From NCBI GenBank assembly GCA_037305845.1, contig CP147778.1, forward strand, positions 2,144,001 to 2,208,000: a DNA stretch of 64,000 bases. The letters run 5' to 3'. Shown piece by piece: positions 39,879 to 48,339 of this stretch (positions within the stretch are counted from its first letter, which is position 1; each line of letters begins with the position of its first letter). The position numbers and the translations under genes were made by a program. Source of the stretch: Candidatus Freyarchaeum deiterrae (GTDB taxonomy: Archaea; Asgardarchaeota; Jordiarchaeia; Jordiarchaeales; Jordiarchaeaceae). Below the pieces are notes generated by a model. The model saw only the letters and a list, made by a program, of their open reading frames with translations, was not told the DNA's origin and did no database searches.

Positions 39879-40706
39879 ATGCCGTCTCTGTTGGAATACC
39901 TTCTCATATACTATTTTGTACCTTCCCTGTTTAATATAGTAGTATTCTATCCCTCAATTTTGAACTCAATAATACCCGACTTCATTAAAATGATGTTACC
40001 ACTTGAAAGCAATTACGTGGATTACACACAATTTATAGCAGCATCAATTGTATCAGTCATGGTTCTGATTCTGGGGTATAACATTTACAGGAAGGACCCC
40101 AGTTATTGGCTTAACAAAGTATTTACAGCCTTTTATGTAGGGTTAGCCGCAGCGGCAATTAGTTTCAATTCAGGACTTTTCATAAGCCCCACTGCTTTAA
40201 TAGTTGGAGAACAATTCTTGTTAAGCTTCATTATGATATCTCTAGGGTTACTACTAGTGGTTGCTGTTGGCCTCAATTACGGAGAAGTCCAAATCCTAAA
40301 ACCAAAAACCATTATACCTATAATAATATTTGTTGCTTTGCCTTTAACGGTATTATGGTTATCCGGAACGATAATAACGTGGTTACCGAGTTCTTTAACC
40401 ATAGTGGATGTATCTCCTCCTCACACCGCCTTCTCCGTTTTTACAATATTGTCACTTGGTATTGTCTTGGTAGTGGGTTTGAGTGTGCTCTCCTACTTCT
40501 TAGTAAAAGTTTACCGCGCATCGGAGGGCATAGTGAAAAGACGAATTTTCTTTTTCCTCGTAGGAATCTTGTTTTCTATCCTTGTTGCAGCAGCCTCTAC
40601 CAGCATTGCAAGCATCACAGCCATTCACCTCTTCGACATCGTAACACCGTTAGCACTTTTGGTAGGCTTATCAATAGTATACTACGGATTCGCCATATCA
40701 GAGTAA
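39879..40706 (+). CDS. Multi-pass (about 7 TM) membrane protein, sensor-like
   Basis: IYRKDPSYWLNKVF after TM1 and VKRRIFFF before TM6; no cytoplasmic output domain. Confidence 0.7.
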   Translation: MPSLLEYLLIYYFVPSLFNIVVFYPSILNSIIPDFIKMMLPLESNYVDYTQFIAASIVSVMVLILGYNIYRKDPSYWLNKVFTAFYVGLAAAAISFNSGLFISPTALIVGEQFLLSFIMISLGLLLVVAVGLNYGEVQILKPKTIIPIIIFVALPLTVLWLSGTIITWLPSSLTIVDVSPPHTAFSVFTILSLGIVLVVGLSVLSYFLVKVYRASEGIVKRRIFFFLVGILFSILVAAASTSIASITAIHLFDIVTPLALLVGLSIVYYGFAISE

Positions 40707-40826
40707 ACTCACACATTCGGCTACGGTTTTGATGATACTGCTATACGCCATGAACATTGCATACTCCCAATCCCCTAAGTATGTGGGATATAATTAAAAC
40801 CATTTTTTTGGGAAGTCGGAAAGAAA

Positions 40827-41486
40827 ATGGAAAATGACCTACAACAAAGAATAATCAAAGCTATACTTGAAATCGACGAGGAGGAGACACTAAGATTAAC
40901 AAGGAAAGCTCTCAAAGAAAAGGTACCGCCTGAAAAAATAATTGGTGGTCTATCTGAAGGACTAAGGCAGATGGGAAATCTTTTTGAAAAGGGAGAAAGG
41001 TTCATACCGGAACTTGTGATAGCTGCGGAATTCGTTAATAAGGCTTTCAAAATTCTTGAACCACACCTATCCCCCGAAGAAGGAAAAGCCGGAGGTTGGC
41101 GAAGCGTTAAAGTGGTGATTGCTACTGTTGAAGGAGATATTCACGATTTGGGTAAAAACCTTGTCGCCACTATGCTATCCGCTGCGGGTTTTCAAGTAAT
41201 CGACCTTGGAAAAGACGTAGCCGCCAAAACTATTGTTTCAAAGGTTAAGGAAACCAATGCGCAGGTTGTGGGTCTATCCGCCCTGTTAACAACCACCATG
41301 GCGCATCAGGAAGAAGTAATAAAATTACTGATCGAGGAAGGAATAAGAGAAAAAGTAAAGGTTATGATAGGCGGCGCTCCCGCTTCCCAGAGCTGGGCGG
41401 AACGGATAGGTGCCGACGCATACGCGGAGAACGCTATGGATGCCGCGAGAAAGCTTAAGGAAATTCTAGGCGAGGGTGTAAGTTAA
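40827..41486 (+). CDS. Corrinoid protein of a methylamine/quaternary-amine methyltransferase system (MttC-like)
   Basis: EGDIHDLGKN, DLGKDV, SALLTTTM and IGGAP motifs. Confidence 0.92.
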   Translation: MENDLQQRIIKAILEIDEEETLRLTRKALKEKVPPEKIIGGLSEGLRQMGNLFEKGERFIPELVIAAEFVNKAFKILEPHLSPEEGKAGGWRSVKVVIATVEGDIHDLGKNLVATMLSAAGFQVIDLGKDVAAKTIVSKVKETNAQVVGLSALLTTTMAHQEEVIKLLIEEGIREKVKVMIGGAPASQSWAERIGADAYAENAMDAARKLKEILGEGVS

Positions 41487-42923
41487 ATGCCAGAAACGAC
41501 CGTTAACCGTCCAATTCTAAGTTTTTTGGAAGAAGATAGCATAAAGGAGATTTATGGTGCCGCTACACGAATACTAGAAAACACCGGGGTCGAAATTGAT
41601 AATGTTGAGGTTCTCGAACTTTTACACCAAAACGGCTTAGAGGTCAACTTTGATAATAAGAGAGCCAAGTTTCCTCAGGATCTTGTGAAAAAATGCGTTA
41701 AATCCGTCCCCTCGGAAGTTAAACTGCATAGCCGGGACGGAAAAAATGATCTTCTTCTCAAAGATAATAATGTCTTTTTCGATCCAGGTTCAGCCGCCAT
41801 AAATATTCTCGATGACGGAATTATTCGAAAACCGGTATCTGCGGATCTTGAAAGTTTTGTGTGTATCGCGGATTATCTTAAACATATTAACGCCCAAAGC
41901 ACAGCATTAGTCATAACAGATGTTCCAGCTAGATACGTAGATCGATACCGTCTTTTCATCGTTCTAAAAAATTCCACCAAACCCGTGATAACGGGTGCCT
42001 TTACCAAGGACGGCGTTCATGATATGAAGAAACTGCTGGAAATCGTTTTAGATAAAAGCGATGTGGCGAAAAAACCCATGGCTATCTTCGACTGCTGTCC
42101 AACTCCTCCCCTAGAATGGAGCGAAATAACCTCACAGAACTTAATTGATTGCGCCAGATACAGAATTCCCGTGGAACTTGTTTCTATGCCTCTAGCTGGT
42201 GCAACAGGTCCTGCAACTCTCGCTGGTTCTATTGTTCAGCACACCGCGGAGACACTGAGCGGAATAGTTATCGCTCAGCTTGCAAATCAGAGGGCTCCAT
42301 GTATTTACGGCGGTTCTCCAGCCATTTTTGATATGAGCCAAGGCACAACGCCAATGGGCGCGGTAGAGACCATGATGATTAGTTGCGCCTATGCCCAAGT
42401 TGGAAAATTCCTAGGTCTGCCAACACATACATATTTGGGACTGAGCGATTCAAAAACTGTTGATTCTCAGTCGGGATTCGAATCCGCGCTCGGAATTCTT
42501 CTCGGGGCTCTAACCGGAATTAACGTTATTTCTGGACCCGGTATGCTGGGTTTTGAAAGTTGCCAGAGTATGGAGAAACTTGTGATTGACAATGAGCTCT
42601 GTGGAATGGCTCTAAGGATGATTCGCGGGATTCAAGTTTCAGAAGAATCGCTTGCTGAGAAATTAATTAGAGACTTGGGTCCTGGGGGGCATTACCTGAA
42701 CTCAAGACATACTCTTAAATGGTTTAGAGAAGAACAGTTCTTACCCTCCATCATAATTGATCGGTTGACAACTTCCCTTTGGCAGGAAAAAGGCTCTAAA
42801 GATTCTTATCAAAGAGCTAAAGATGAGGTAAAAAGAATTTTATCTGAACACAAACCTGAGGGCTTGCCACCAGACATAGAGAGAGAATTAGACAGCATGG
42901 CAGAGAAGTGGAAAAAAGACTAA
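41487..42923 (+). CDS. mttB: Trimethylamine methyltransferase superfamily protein (non-pyrrolysine, MtgB-like)
   Basis: GATGPATLAG, PCIYG, GLSDSK..D.QSG.E and GPGGHYL...HT motifs; Leu at the Pyl-equivalent position. Confidence 0.88.
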   Translation: MPETTVNRPILSFLEEDSIKEIYGAATRILENTGVEIDNVEVLELLHQNGLEVNFDNKRAKFPQDLVKKCVKSVPSEVKLHSRDGKNDLLLKDNNVFFDPGSAAINILDDGIIRKPVSADLESFVCIADYLKHINAQSTALVITDVPARYVDRYRLFIVLKNSTKPVITGAFTKDGVHDMKKLLEIVLDKSDVAKKPMAIFDCCPTPPLEWSEITSQNLIDCARYRIPVELVSMPLAGATGPATLAGSIVQHTAETLSGIVIAQLANQRAPCIYGGSPAIFDMSQGTTPMGAVETMMISCAYAQVGKFLGLPTHTYLGLSDSKTVDSQSGFESALGILLGALTGINVISGPGMLGFESCQSMEKLVIDNELCGMALRMIRGIQVSEESLAEKLIRDLGPGGHYLNSRHTLKWFREEQFLPSIIIDRLTTSLWQEKGSKDSYQRAKDEVKRILSEHKPEGLPPDIERELDSMAEKWKKD

Positions 42924-42937
42924 ATATTGGAAAGTTT

Positions 42938-43843
42938 TTATTTTATTTCTTTTACCGCTTTGACCATTCTCACCATTTTTTCGGCAGCTATCTTATCGTC
43001 TTTTAGTCCTCTTAATCCACAGTCTGGATGCGTGATGATATTTTCCTTTCCCACCATCTCTATAGCTTTTTTCAGTAGTTCCACTATGCTCGGCACTCCT
43101 TCCAATTCTGGAGTATCGGAGCGTACGCACCCGACACCCAACTTTTTTTTCGCTTTTACCAGTTTGTCTCTTGAGATAACATTGAAGTTTTGTGGGTACG
43201 CTGCAAATGCGTGGCTCAAAACATCCACTGGGAAATCGAGTAGAGTATCAAATACTTTAGTAATGTCTCCGCACGCGTGGAGGTGGACTGGTTTTTGTAC
43301 GTTATTTCTTGCTATTCTAACAGCTTCTCTCGCTAAATCCATGGGTGCTCCTACGCTGTAGAATGGTTCATCTATCTGTATGATGTCTACGCCTGACTCC
43401 AACTGCAATTGGGCTTCTATGTTTACGAACTGCCCCATGTCATTGTATAATTCGGGGTCTCTGTAACCCTTGTACTCTTTTGTTTTAAGCAATCCGCTCA
43501 TAACCATTGTAACCGGTCCAGTAACTATTCCCTTAAGTAGGGGTGCTTTTTGACCGTATTTCTCTTTGAGATAATCCTTAACCCATCTGAGGTCTTCGGC
43601 TGCTGTGCTCTTGCCGTCATGTTCAATTCTATTCGTTATGTACCATTTCTTATTTCTACTCTGGAAACTCTTCGTATGCTCTGCAAAGTAGGTTATCATA
43701 TCGGCCCGCGTCTGTCCATCGCTGATAATATTTATTCCCGCTTTTATCTGGGACTCCACAGCAAGGATGATATTCTCCCGAAAATTCAGATTTTCAAGTC
43801 TGGGAAAGCTTCCAATAACCGTTGCCAGTAACATAAACTTCAC
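42938..43843 (-). CDS. metE: Core (single-barrel) MetE-type methionine synthase, methylcobalamin:homocysteine methyltransferase-like
   Basis: VIGSFPR, ISDGQ, TGPVT, IQIDEP, HACG and HPDCGLR motifs; 301 aa. Confidence 0.85.
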   Translation of the reverse strand: MKFMLLATVIGSFPRLENLNFRENIILAVESQIKAGINIISDGQTRADMITYFAEHTKSFQSRNKKWYITNRIEHDGKSTAAEDLRWVKDYLKEKYGQKAPLLKGIVTGPVTMVMSGLLKTKEYKGYRDPELYNDMGQFVNIEAQLQLESGVDIIQIDEPFYSVGAPMDLAREAVRIARNNVQKPVHLHACGDITKVFDTLLDFPVDVLSHAFAAYPQNFNVISRDKLVKAKKKLGVGCVRSDTPELEGVPSIVELLKKAIEMVGKENIITHPDCGLRGLKDDKIAAEKMVRMVKAVKEIK

Positions 43844-44042
43844 ATCACCGATTATTTTATGGATTCATTAATTTAAACCTTAATACTTATATCTATTTCT
43901 CATATTTTTTATTATAAAATATTACCCTTATTCATAGATATCTTTGACCCGACTAAGATCAGCTAAAATAAGAACTTCTTAGAAAAATAGGGAGTAATAT
44001 AATAAATTAATTAGAATATTTTGACGAAAAAATCGATTTTTA

Positions 44043-44246
44043 CTAAACATCTGAGCCTCTACGGCCTCCCCTTCTAGGAGGTGCACGGCTTTGTTGGCCA
44101 GCGATTCTTTCGTTAACTATTCTCTTAACGTAGTTACGCTTATTTCTTATTCTGGGAATAGGCATTCTCCTCTGTTTATGCTCAACCTTTGGAGTCTGAC
44201 TACGAACTTTTCCCGCTTTTGTTAAACTACCGTGAGAACCTGGCAT
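44043..44246 (-). CDS. rps30e: Ribosomal protein S30e
   Basis: SHGSLTKAGKVRSQTPKV. Confidence 0.95.
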   Translation of the reverse strand: MPGSHGSLTKAGKVRSQTPKVEHKQRRMPIPRIRNKRNYVKRIVNERIAGQQSRAPPRRGGRRGSDV

Positions 44247-44374
44247 TCTTAAAATCCTCCATCATGTAACAAATGAATAAAGAAACATGCACATTTAAAG
44301 GTTATCCAAAAATTTCCGCGTAACAGAGGAAAGCCTGTAAAAATAAGAAAAATTAAAAAATGTGAGGAATGGTG

Positions 44375-45790
44375 TTATTTTTTCCTAGCGATTTTCTTGG
44401 TAACGGGTTCTGCTACCAGAGTTAGAACGTCCCAGGTTGGACAGCTAGCCGGCGCGTAGCAAGTCTCTAGCCACTCAAGATCATAGACTGACATGCCTGA
44501 CTGCATAGCAGCCGCGATTACGTTAATTTTCTGGTGTACATCCTCGAAGCCCACAATTTGAGCTCCAAGAATCTTACCGCCCTCATCGGATAAAATCTTG
44601 ATTCTGATAAGCTTCCCACCAGGGAAATACTCCGGCTTAGAAGAGCCAGTAATTTTACCAACAATAGGTTTAATTTTGTTCTTCTCTAACTGACTCGTGG
44701 TAGGACCGACAGCAGCAAGCTGGCACCCAAAAACTTTTGTGATTCGCGTTAAAAGCACACCCTTAGGCATCTTGGCTTCGCCGCCCACAGCGTTAATACC
44801 ACACACCTTACCCATTCTTACAGCGATGGTTCCCATTCCCTGTGGAGTGGGTTCTCCTGTTACGAAGTCTGGGTATTCCGTGCAGTCGCCTGCGCTGTAG
44901 ATGTCTGGAACATTGGTTTCACACTTTTCGTTTACTTTTATGTATTTGGTGGTTCCCATTGCTACTCCTGCTTTCTGGGCTATCTCGACGTAGGGTCTGA
45001 CTCCGGCTCCAATTACCACTAGGTCCGCCGGGAGTTCTTTTGTTTCTTTAGTTTCGCGGTTCTCGATTAGTACTTTCTGCACCTTATCCTTGCCTAGTAC
45101 GGCTTTTGCTGCAGTGTTAGTGTACACTTCCATTCCATGTTTGATCATTTCCTCTTGTACCAGTTCTGCCATATCTGGGTCTATCATTAGTGGCACGATG
45201 CTTGGTAGAAATTCCACCATAGCTACTTTTAGTCCCTTTTCTACAAGGTTTTCCGCGGTTTCCACACCAATGAGGCCCGCACCTATCACTACCGCATTTT
45301 TTGCTTTTCTCGCCGCAGCTTCAATGTCCATTGCATCTTGAAGAGTTCTCAAGTAAAATATCCCTTTCATATTCTGCACGCCTTCTATTGGTGGCGTTCC
45401 AGGGTGGGAGCCTGATGCGATAATCAGTTTGTCATAATTTACAGTTTCCTCTTTGCCAGTTTTGAGGTCTTTCAATTTTACTGTTTTAGCTTTAGTATTG
45501 ACATCAGTTACTTCAGTTTCCAGTTTAATGCCTATTTTCGCGAAGCTTTCAAACCATCCTGCGTCGTGCTCCCTGAGATTAAGAAATTCGGGTATAACTT
45601 TTGAAATTGTGTAAGGTAATCCACATCTAGAATATTCCGGGTATGGTTCACGATTTATTAAAAGAACTTCACATTTTCTATCAGTTTTTTTAGCCCAAAA
45701 TCCAGCGGTTGTGCCAGCAGCTCCAGATCCAATAATTACAACTTTGGTCGTTTTACATCCCTTCTTTACGTTTCTTATTTTGTTAGCCAA
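44375..45790 (-). CDS. NADH oxidase / CoA-disulfide reductase family flavoprotein
   Basis: GSGAAG, YSRCGLPY redox Cys, GAGLIG.E, YSAGDC and CYAP motifs; start codon uncertain. Confidence 0.88.
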   Translation of the reverse strand: MANKIRNVKKGCKTTKVVIIGSGAAGTTAGFWAKKTDRKCEVLLINREPYPEYSRCGLPYTISKVIPEFLNLREHDAGWFESFAKIGIKLETEVTDVNTKAKTVKLKDLKTGKEETVNYDKLIIASGSHPGTPPIEGVQNMKGIFYLRTLQDAMDIEAAARKAKNAVVIGAGLIGVETAENLVEKGLKVAMVEFLPSIVPLMIDPDMAELVQEEMIKHGMEVYTNTAAKAVLGKDKVQKVLIENRETKETKELPADLVVIGAGVRPYVEIAQKAGVAMGTTKYIKVNEKCETNVPDIYSAGDCTEYPDFVTGEPTPQGMGTIAVRMGKVCGINAVGGEAKMPKGVLLTRITKVFGCQLAAVGPTTSQLEKNKIKPIVGKITGSSKPEYFPGGKLIRIKILSDEGGKILGAQIVGFEDVHQKINVIAAAMQSGMSVYDLEWLETCYAPASCPTWDVLTLVAEPVTKKIARKK

Positions 45791-45965
45791 GCATGGATTC
45801 GACTTATAATTAAAATTTTTTGTCAACCTTTAACTTATAGAAAAATAAGTCTCGATGATAGTTTCATTACTCGGCTTTCAGAGATGCCATAATAACGTAC
45901 TATTTGAGGGATTTTAATATTCCGTTCCCTATTTTGTTACCTGCTTAGACTCTCTACGGATGCTC

Positions 45966-46127
45966 TTACCCCGTTCCTTTGCAAACGGGACAGATGACCT
46001 TACCAGTACCCCAGCAAGTCTTGCATATTGTCTTCGAGTAAGGGTCAGTTACACCAAGCCCTCCACATGTTCCGCATGCTATTTTTCCAGTTCCTTTGCA
46101 TTTTGGACATTTTGCCTTTCCAGCCAA
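45966..46127 (-). CDS. Stand-alone DnaJ-type zinc-finger microprotein, copy A (53 aa, absent from ORF track)
   Basis: MAGKAKCPKCKGTGKIACGTCGGLGVTDPYSKTICKTCWGTGKVICPVCKGTG has four CxxCxGxG motifs; GAGAGGA lies upstream of the TTG. Confidence 0.85.
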   Translation of the reverse strand: MAGKAKCPKCKGTGKIACGTCGGLGVTDPYSKTICKTCWGTGKVICPVCKGTG

Positions 46128-46297
46128 TACATATTCCTCTCCATTTATTTTTTGTCAACCTTTAACTTATAGAAAAATAAGTCTCGATGATAGTTTCATT
46201 GATCCGCTTTCAGAGATGCCATAATAACGTACTATTTGAGGGATTTTAATATTCCGTTCCCTATTTTGTTACCTGCTTAGACTCTCTCTGGATGTTT

Positions 46298-46459
46298 TTA
46301 CCCCGTTCCTTTGCAAACGGGACAGATGACCTTACCAGTACCCCCGCAAGTCTTGCATATTGTTTTCGAGTGAGGGTCAGTTACACCAAGCCCTTTACAT
46401 GTTGCGCATGCTATTTTTCCGGTTCCCATGCATTTTGGACATTTTTCCAATCCAGACAA
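46298..46459 (-). CDS. Stand-alone DnaJ-type zinc-finger microprotein, copy B (53 aa)
   Basis: MSGLEKCPKCMGTGKIACATCKGLGVTDPHSKTICKTCGGTGKVICPVCKGTG; all 8 Cys retained. Confidence 0.85.
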   Translation of the reverse strand: MSGLEKCPKCMGTGKIACATCKGLGVTDPHSKTICKTCGGTGKVICPVCKGTG

Positions 46460-46523
46460 TACATATTCCTCTCAATTTTTTAGGATACTAAGCAATGTAC
46501 TGCATTATAGCGGTTTATATTAC

Positions 46524-47757
46524 TTACTTCATCCCTTTGGCTGATACGATTCTAATAATATCTCTGTCCTTTAGTTCCGCGTTCTCAGATAACCTGATCC
46601 TCTTTCTGGCATCTTCTGCGTAGATGAAGGTTTCACCGAGGTCGGTGTGTACTGCGTAGGCTAGTTCTTTTGCTGTTGTTCCTTTTGGTACTAGGTATAC
46701 GTCGGGTAGAACGTTTCCGTTGTGGTCGCTGTATTTGTTCGCGTCTTCGACTGGATATACTGCGATCATGTTGAGTACTCCGAAAACCATTTGGTTGAGG
46801 GTTTCCTGTATTCCCGTGGAGCCGTATTTGCTTAGTATTTCTTCGCGTATTTTTTCTAAAACTGGTTTCTGGTTCTGGGGTATTTTGTCCGGTTTTAAGA
46901 TCTTAAATTCGGAGTCGCCGGGTCTGTATTCAATCGCTCCATCTTCTGCTAGTTTTCTGAGCATGTATTCTGCGAGTGAGCTTGCTGGTACGACTTTTCC
47001 TTTTTTCTTGAGTTTTTCTAGGTTTTGTACTGATGTTTTTCGGTCTATTTTGTTTGCGCATATCAGCATTGGTTTTGAAGCTTTTTGCAGTTCTCGTGAA
47101 AAATTGTATATTTGGTCATCGTTCCAGGCTTTGGGTTTTTCCGGGTCGAGTTTTGCGTTTTGTAAAGCTTTTTTGATGTGGGCTCTCTTTATTGCTAATC
47201 CCGATAATCTGTCTATAAGGAGTTCATCTAGCTTCCCTTTGGATGTATCTACTTCCCTAGCTATCTTTGGCCATTCACGTGTTATTATCTGTTTGAACCA
47301 CATTGCGATTTCTTTTTCAAGAAAGTCTACTTCCTCCTCCGGGTTTCCTGTTCCTGGTTCGATAGGTTTCCCCTCGAGGTCTGTGGCTCCTGATGCGTCA
47401 ACTACCTGTATTAATGCGTCGGCGCGTCGAAGGTCGTCCAGAAATTGGTTTCCTAATCCGCGTCCCTGCCAAGCGTCGGGCACCAGTCCTGCGACGTCGA
47501 GCAAGTTTACTGGTATGTAGCGTATGCCATCTACGCATATGGAGTTTTTGCAATTGTCTTTCACTCCGAGTTCTTTGCATACGCAATCTATTCGAACATA
47601 GCCCGTTCCTTGTTGGGCGTTTATTGTTGTAAAGGGATAGTCCGCTACCTTGTATTCTGTTAGGCAAGCCGCGTTCAGAAAAGTGGTTTATCGGTCCAAT
47701 GCACTATTTCGTGCGTTGGATTCCCGAATTAGGCTTACCTACAATTCCCACCAACAT
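46524..47757 (-). CDS. ychF: YchF/Obg-family translation-associated GTPase/ATPase, spliced from exons 47757-47721 and 47689-46524
   Basis: After removing 31 nt the frame reads MLVGIVGKPNSGKTTFLNA...DYPFTTI...DVAGLV...GLGNQFLDDL...NKID, with a C-terminal TGS domain; 400 aa. Confidence 0.9.
47690..47720 (-). other. Putative BHB-like mRNA intron (31 nt) in ychF
   Basis: Hairpin insert CCAA-C-GCAC/GUGC-A-UUGG carrying an in-frame UAG. A unique 31-nt excision restores GGA A|AA ACC; the central helix has one G.A mismatch in that register. Confidence 0.8.
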
Positions 47758-47974
47758 TTTCCATCACTTTTGACCAATTTTGTTTTTCCTACCTAAATAA
47801 CTTTGTCCTCATTACATTCATGCACTGAGAAAAATGTTTTACTAAACCAGTTTAAGGTCTTTAATGCTCCAGGCTTTCTAAATTTTTTGATGATGAATTT
47901 GAGCAAAATTAGAATTTAAATGGTGTAAAATGGGCTGACCGGTTGATAGAGCTTTTTATTCTTTTTGCCCCTTT

Positions 47975-48286
47975 TTATCGGTACTCTCTTTCGAGGTGTC
48001 CCCAGGTAACTTTACTTCCGAAGGATCTTAAACCGTTTTCTTTAAGTTGTTTGAGAATGTTGTCTGCGTGCTCCTGGGCGATTTCTCCTCTTTTCAGCAT
48101 GTAGTTAATTATTTCGATGACTTGTTCTTCATTGTCGCATCTTCTGATTACTCTAATTATGTCTAAATCGCGGGTCTCTTCGCTTCTTACTCCTTCTATG
48201 GGAGCAGCCATTTCCACCCCTTCCCCTTCCAATTCCTTGGATAGGTTGGGGTATTCTTCACGAAGTTTTTTCTTATCGATTTCCAT
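47975..48286 (-). CDS. DUF2095-like protein
   Basis: YPNLSKEL, IIRVIRRCD..EQ..EII.YM.KRGEI and GLRSFGSK motifs. Confidence 0.75.
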   Translation of the reverse strand: MEIDKKKLREEYPNLSKELEGEGVEMAAPIEGVRSEETRDLDIIRVIRRCDNEEQVIEIINYMLKRGEIAQEHADNILKQLKENGLRSFGSKVTWGHLEREYR

Positions 48287-48339
48287 TGCCCATTCCCAAT
48301 CAAAACTTCACGTAGCGCTATAAAAAATGTTTTGTAACA

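Larger units (their letters stand above)
45815..46473. repeat. Tandem duplication, two ~330-nt copies (period 332 nt)
   Basis: TGTCAACCTTTAACTTATAG begins at 45821 and again at 46153; near-identical through ~46141 and ~46473. Confidence 0.95.

Noticed and set aside
41487-42923. Pyrrolysine in MttB
   Set aside because: No in-frame TAG; Leu occupies the equivalent position.
45740-45795. Fifth BHB intron at the flavoprotein 5' end (UUGG/CCAA)
   Set aside because: There is no inner or outer helix, and excision would remove the family-typical TKV N-terminus.
45815-46473. CRISPR array or IS ends
   Set aside because: Only two long units, each a gene-containing duplication; no short repeat-spacer pattern was seen anywhere in the window.
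46720-47520. Long antisense ORFs (e.g. 46720-47520 +, 25883-26497 -, 11534-12046 +)
   Set aside because: They are shadows of well-supported genes on the opposite strand and contain no motifs.
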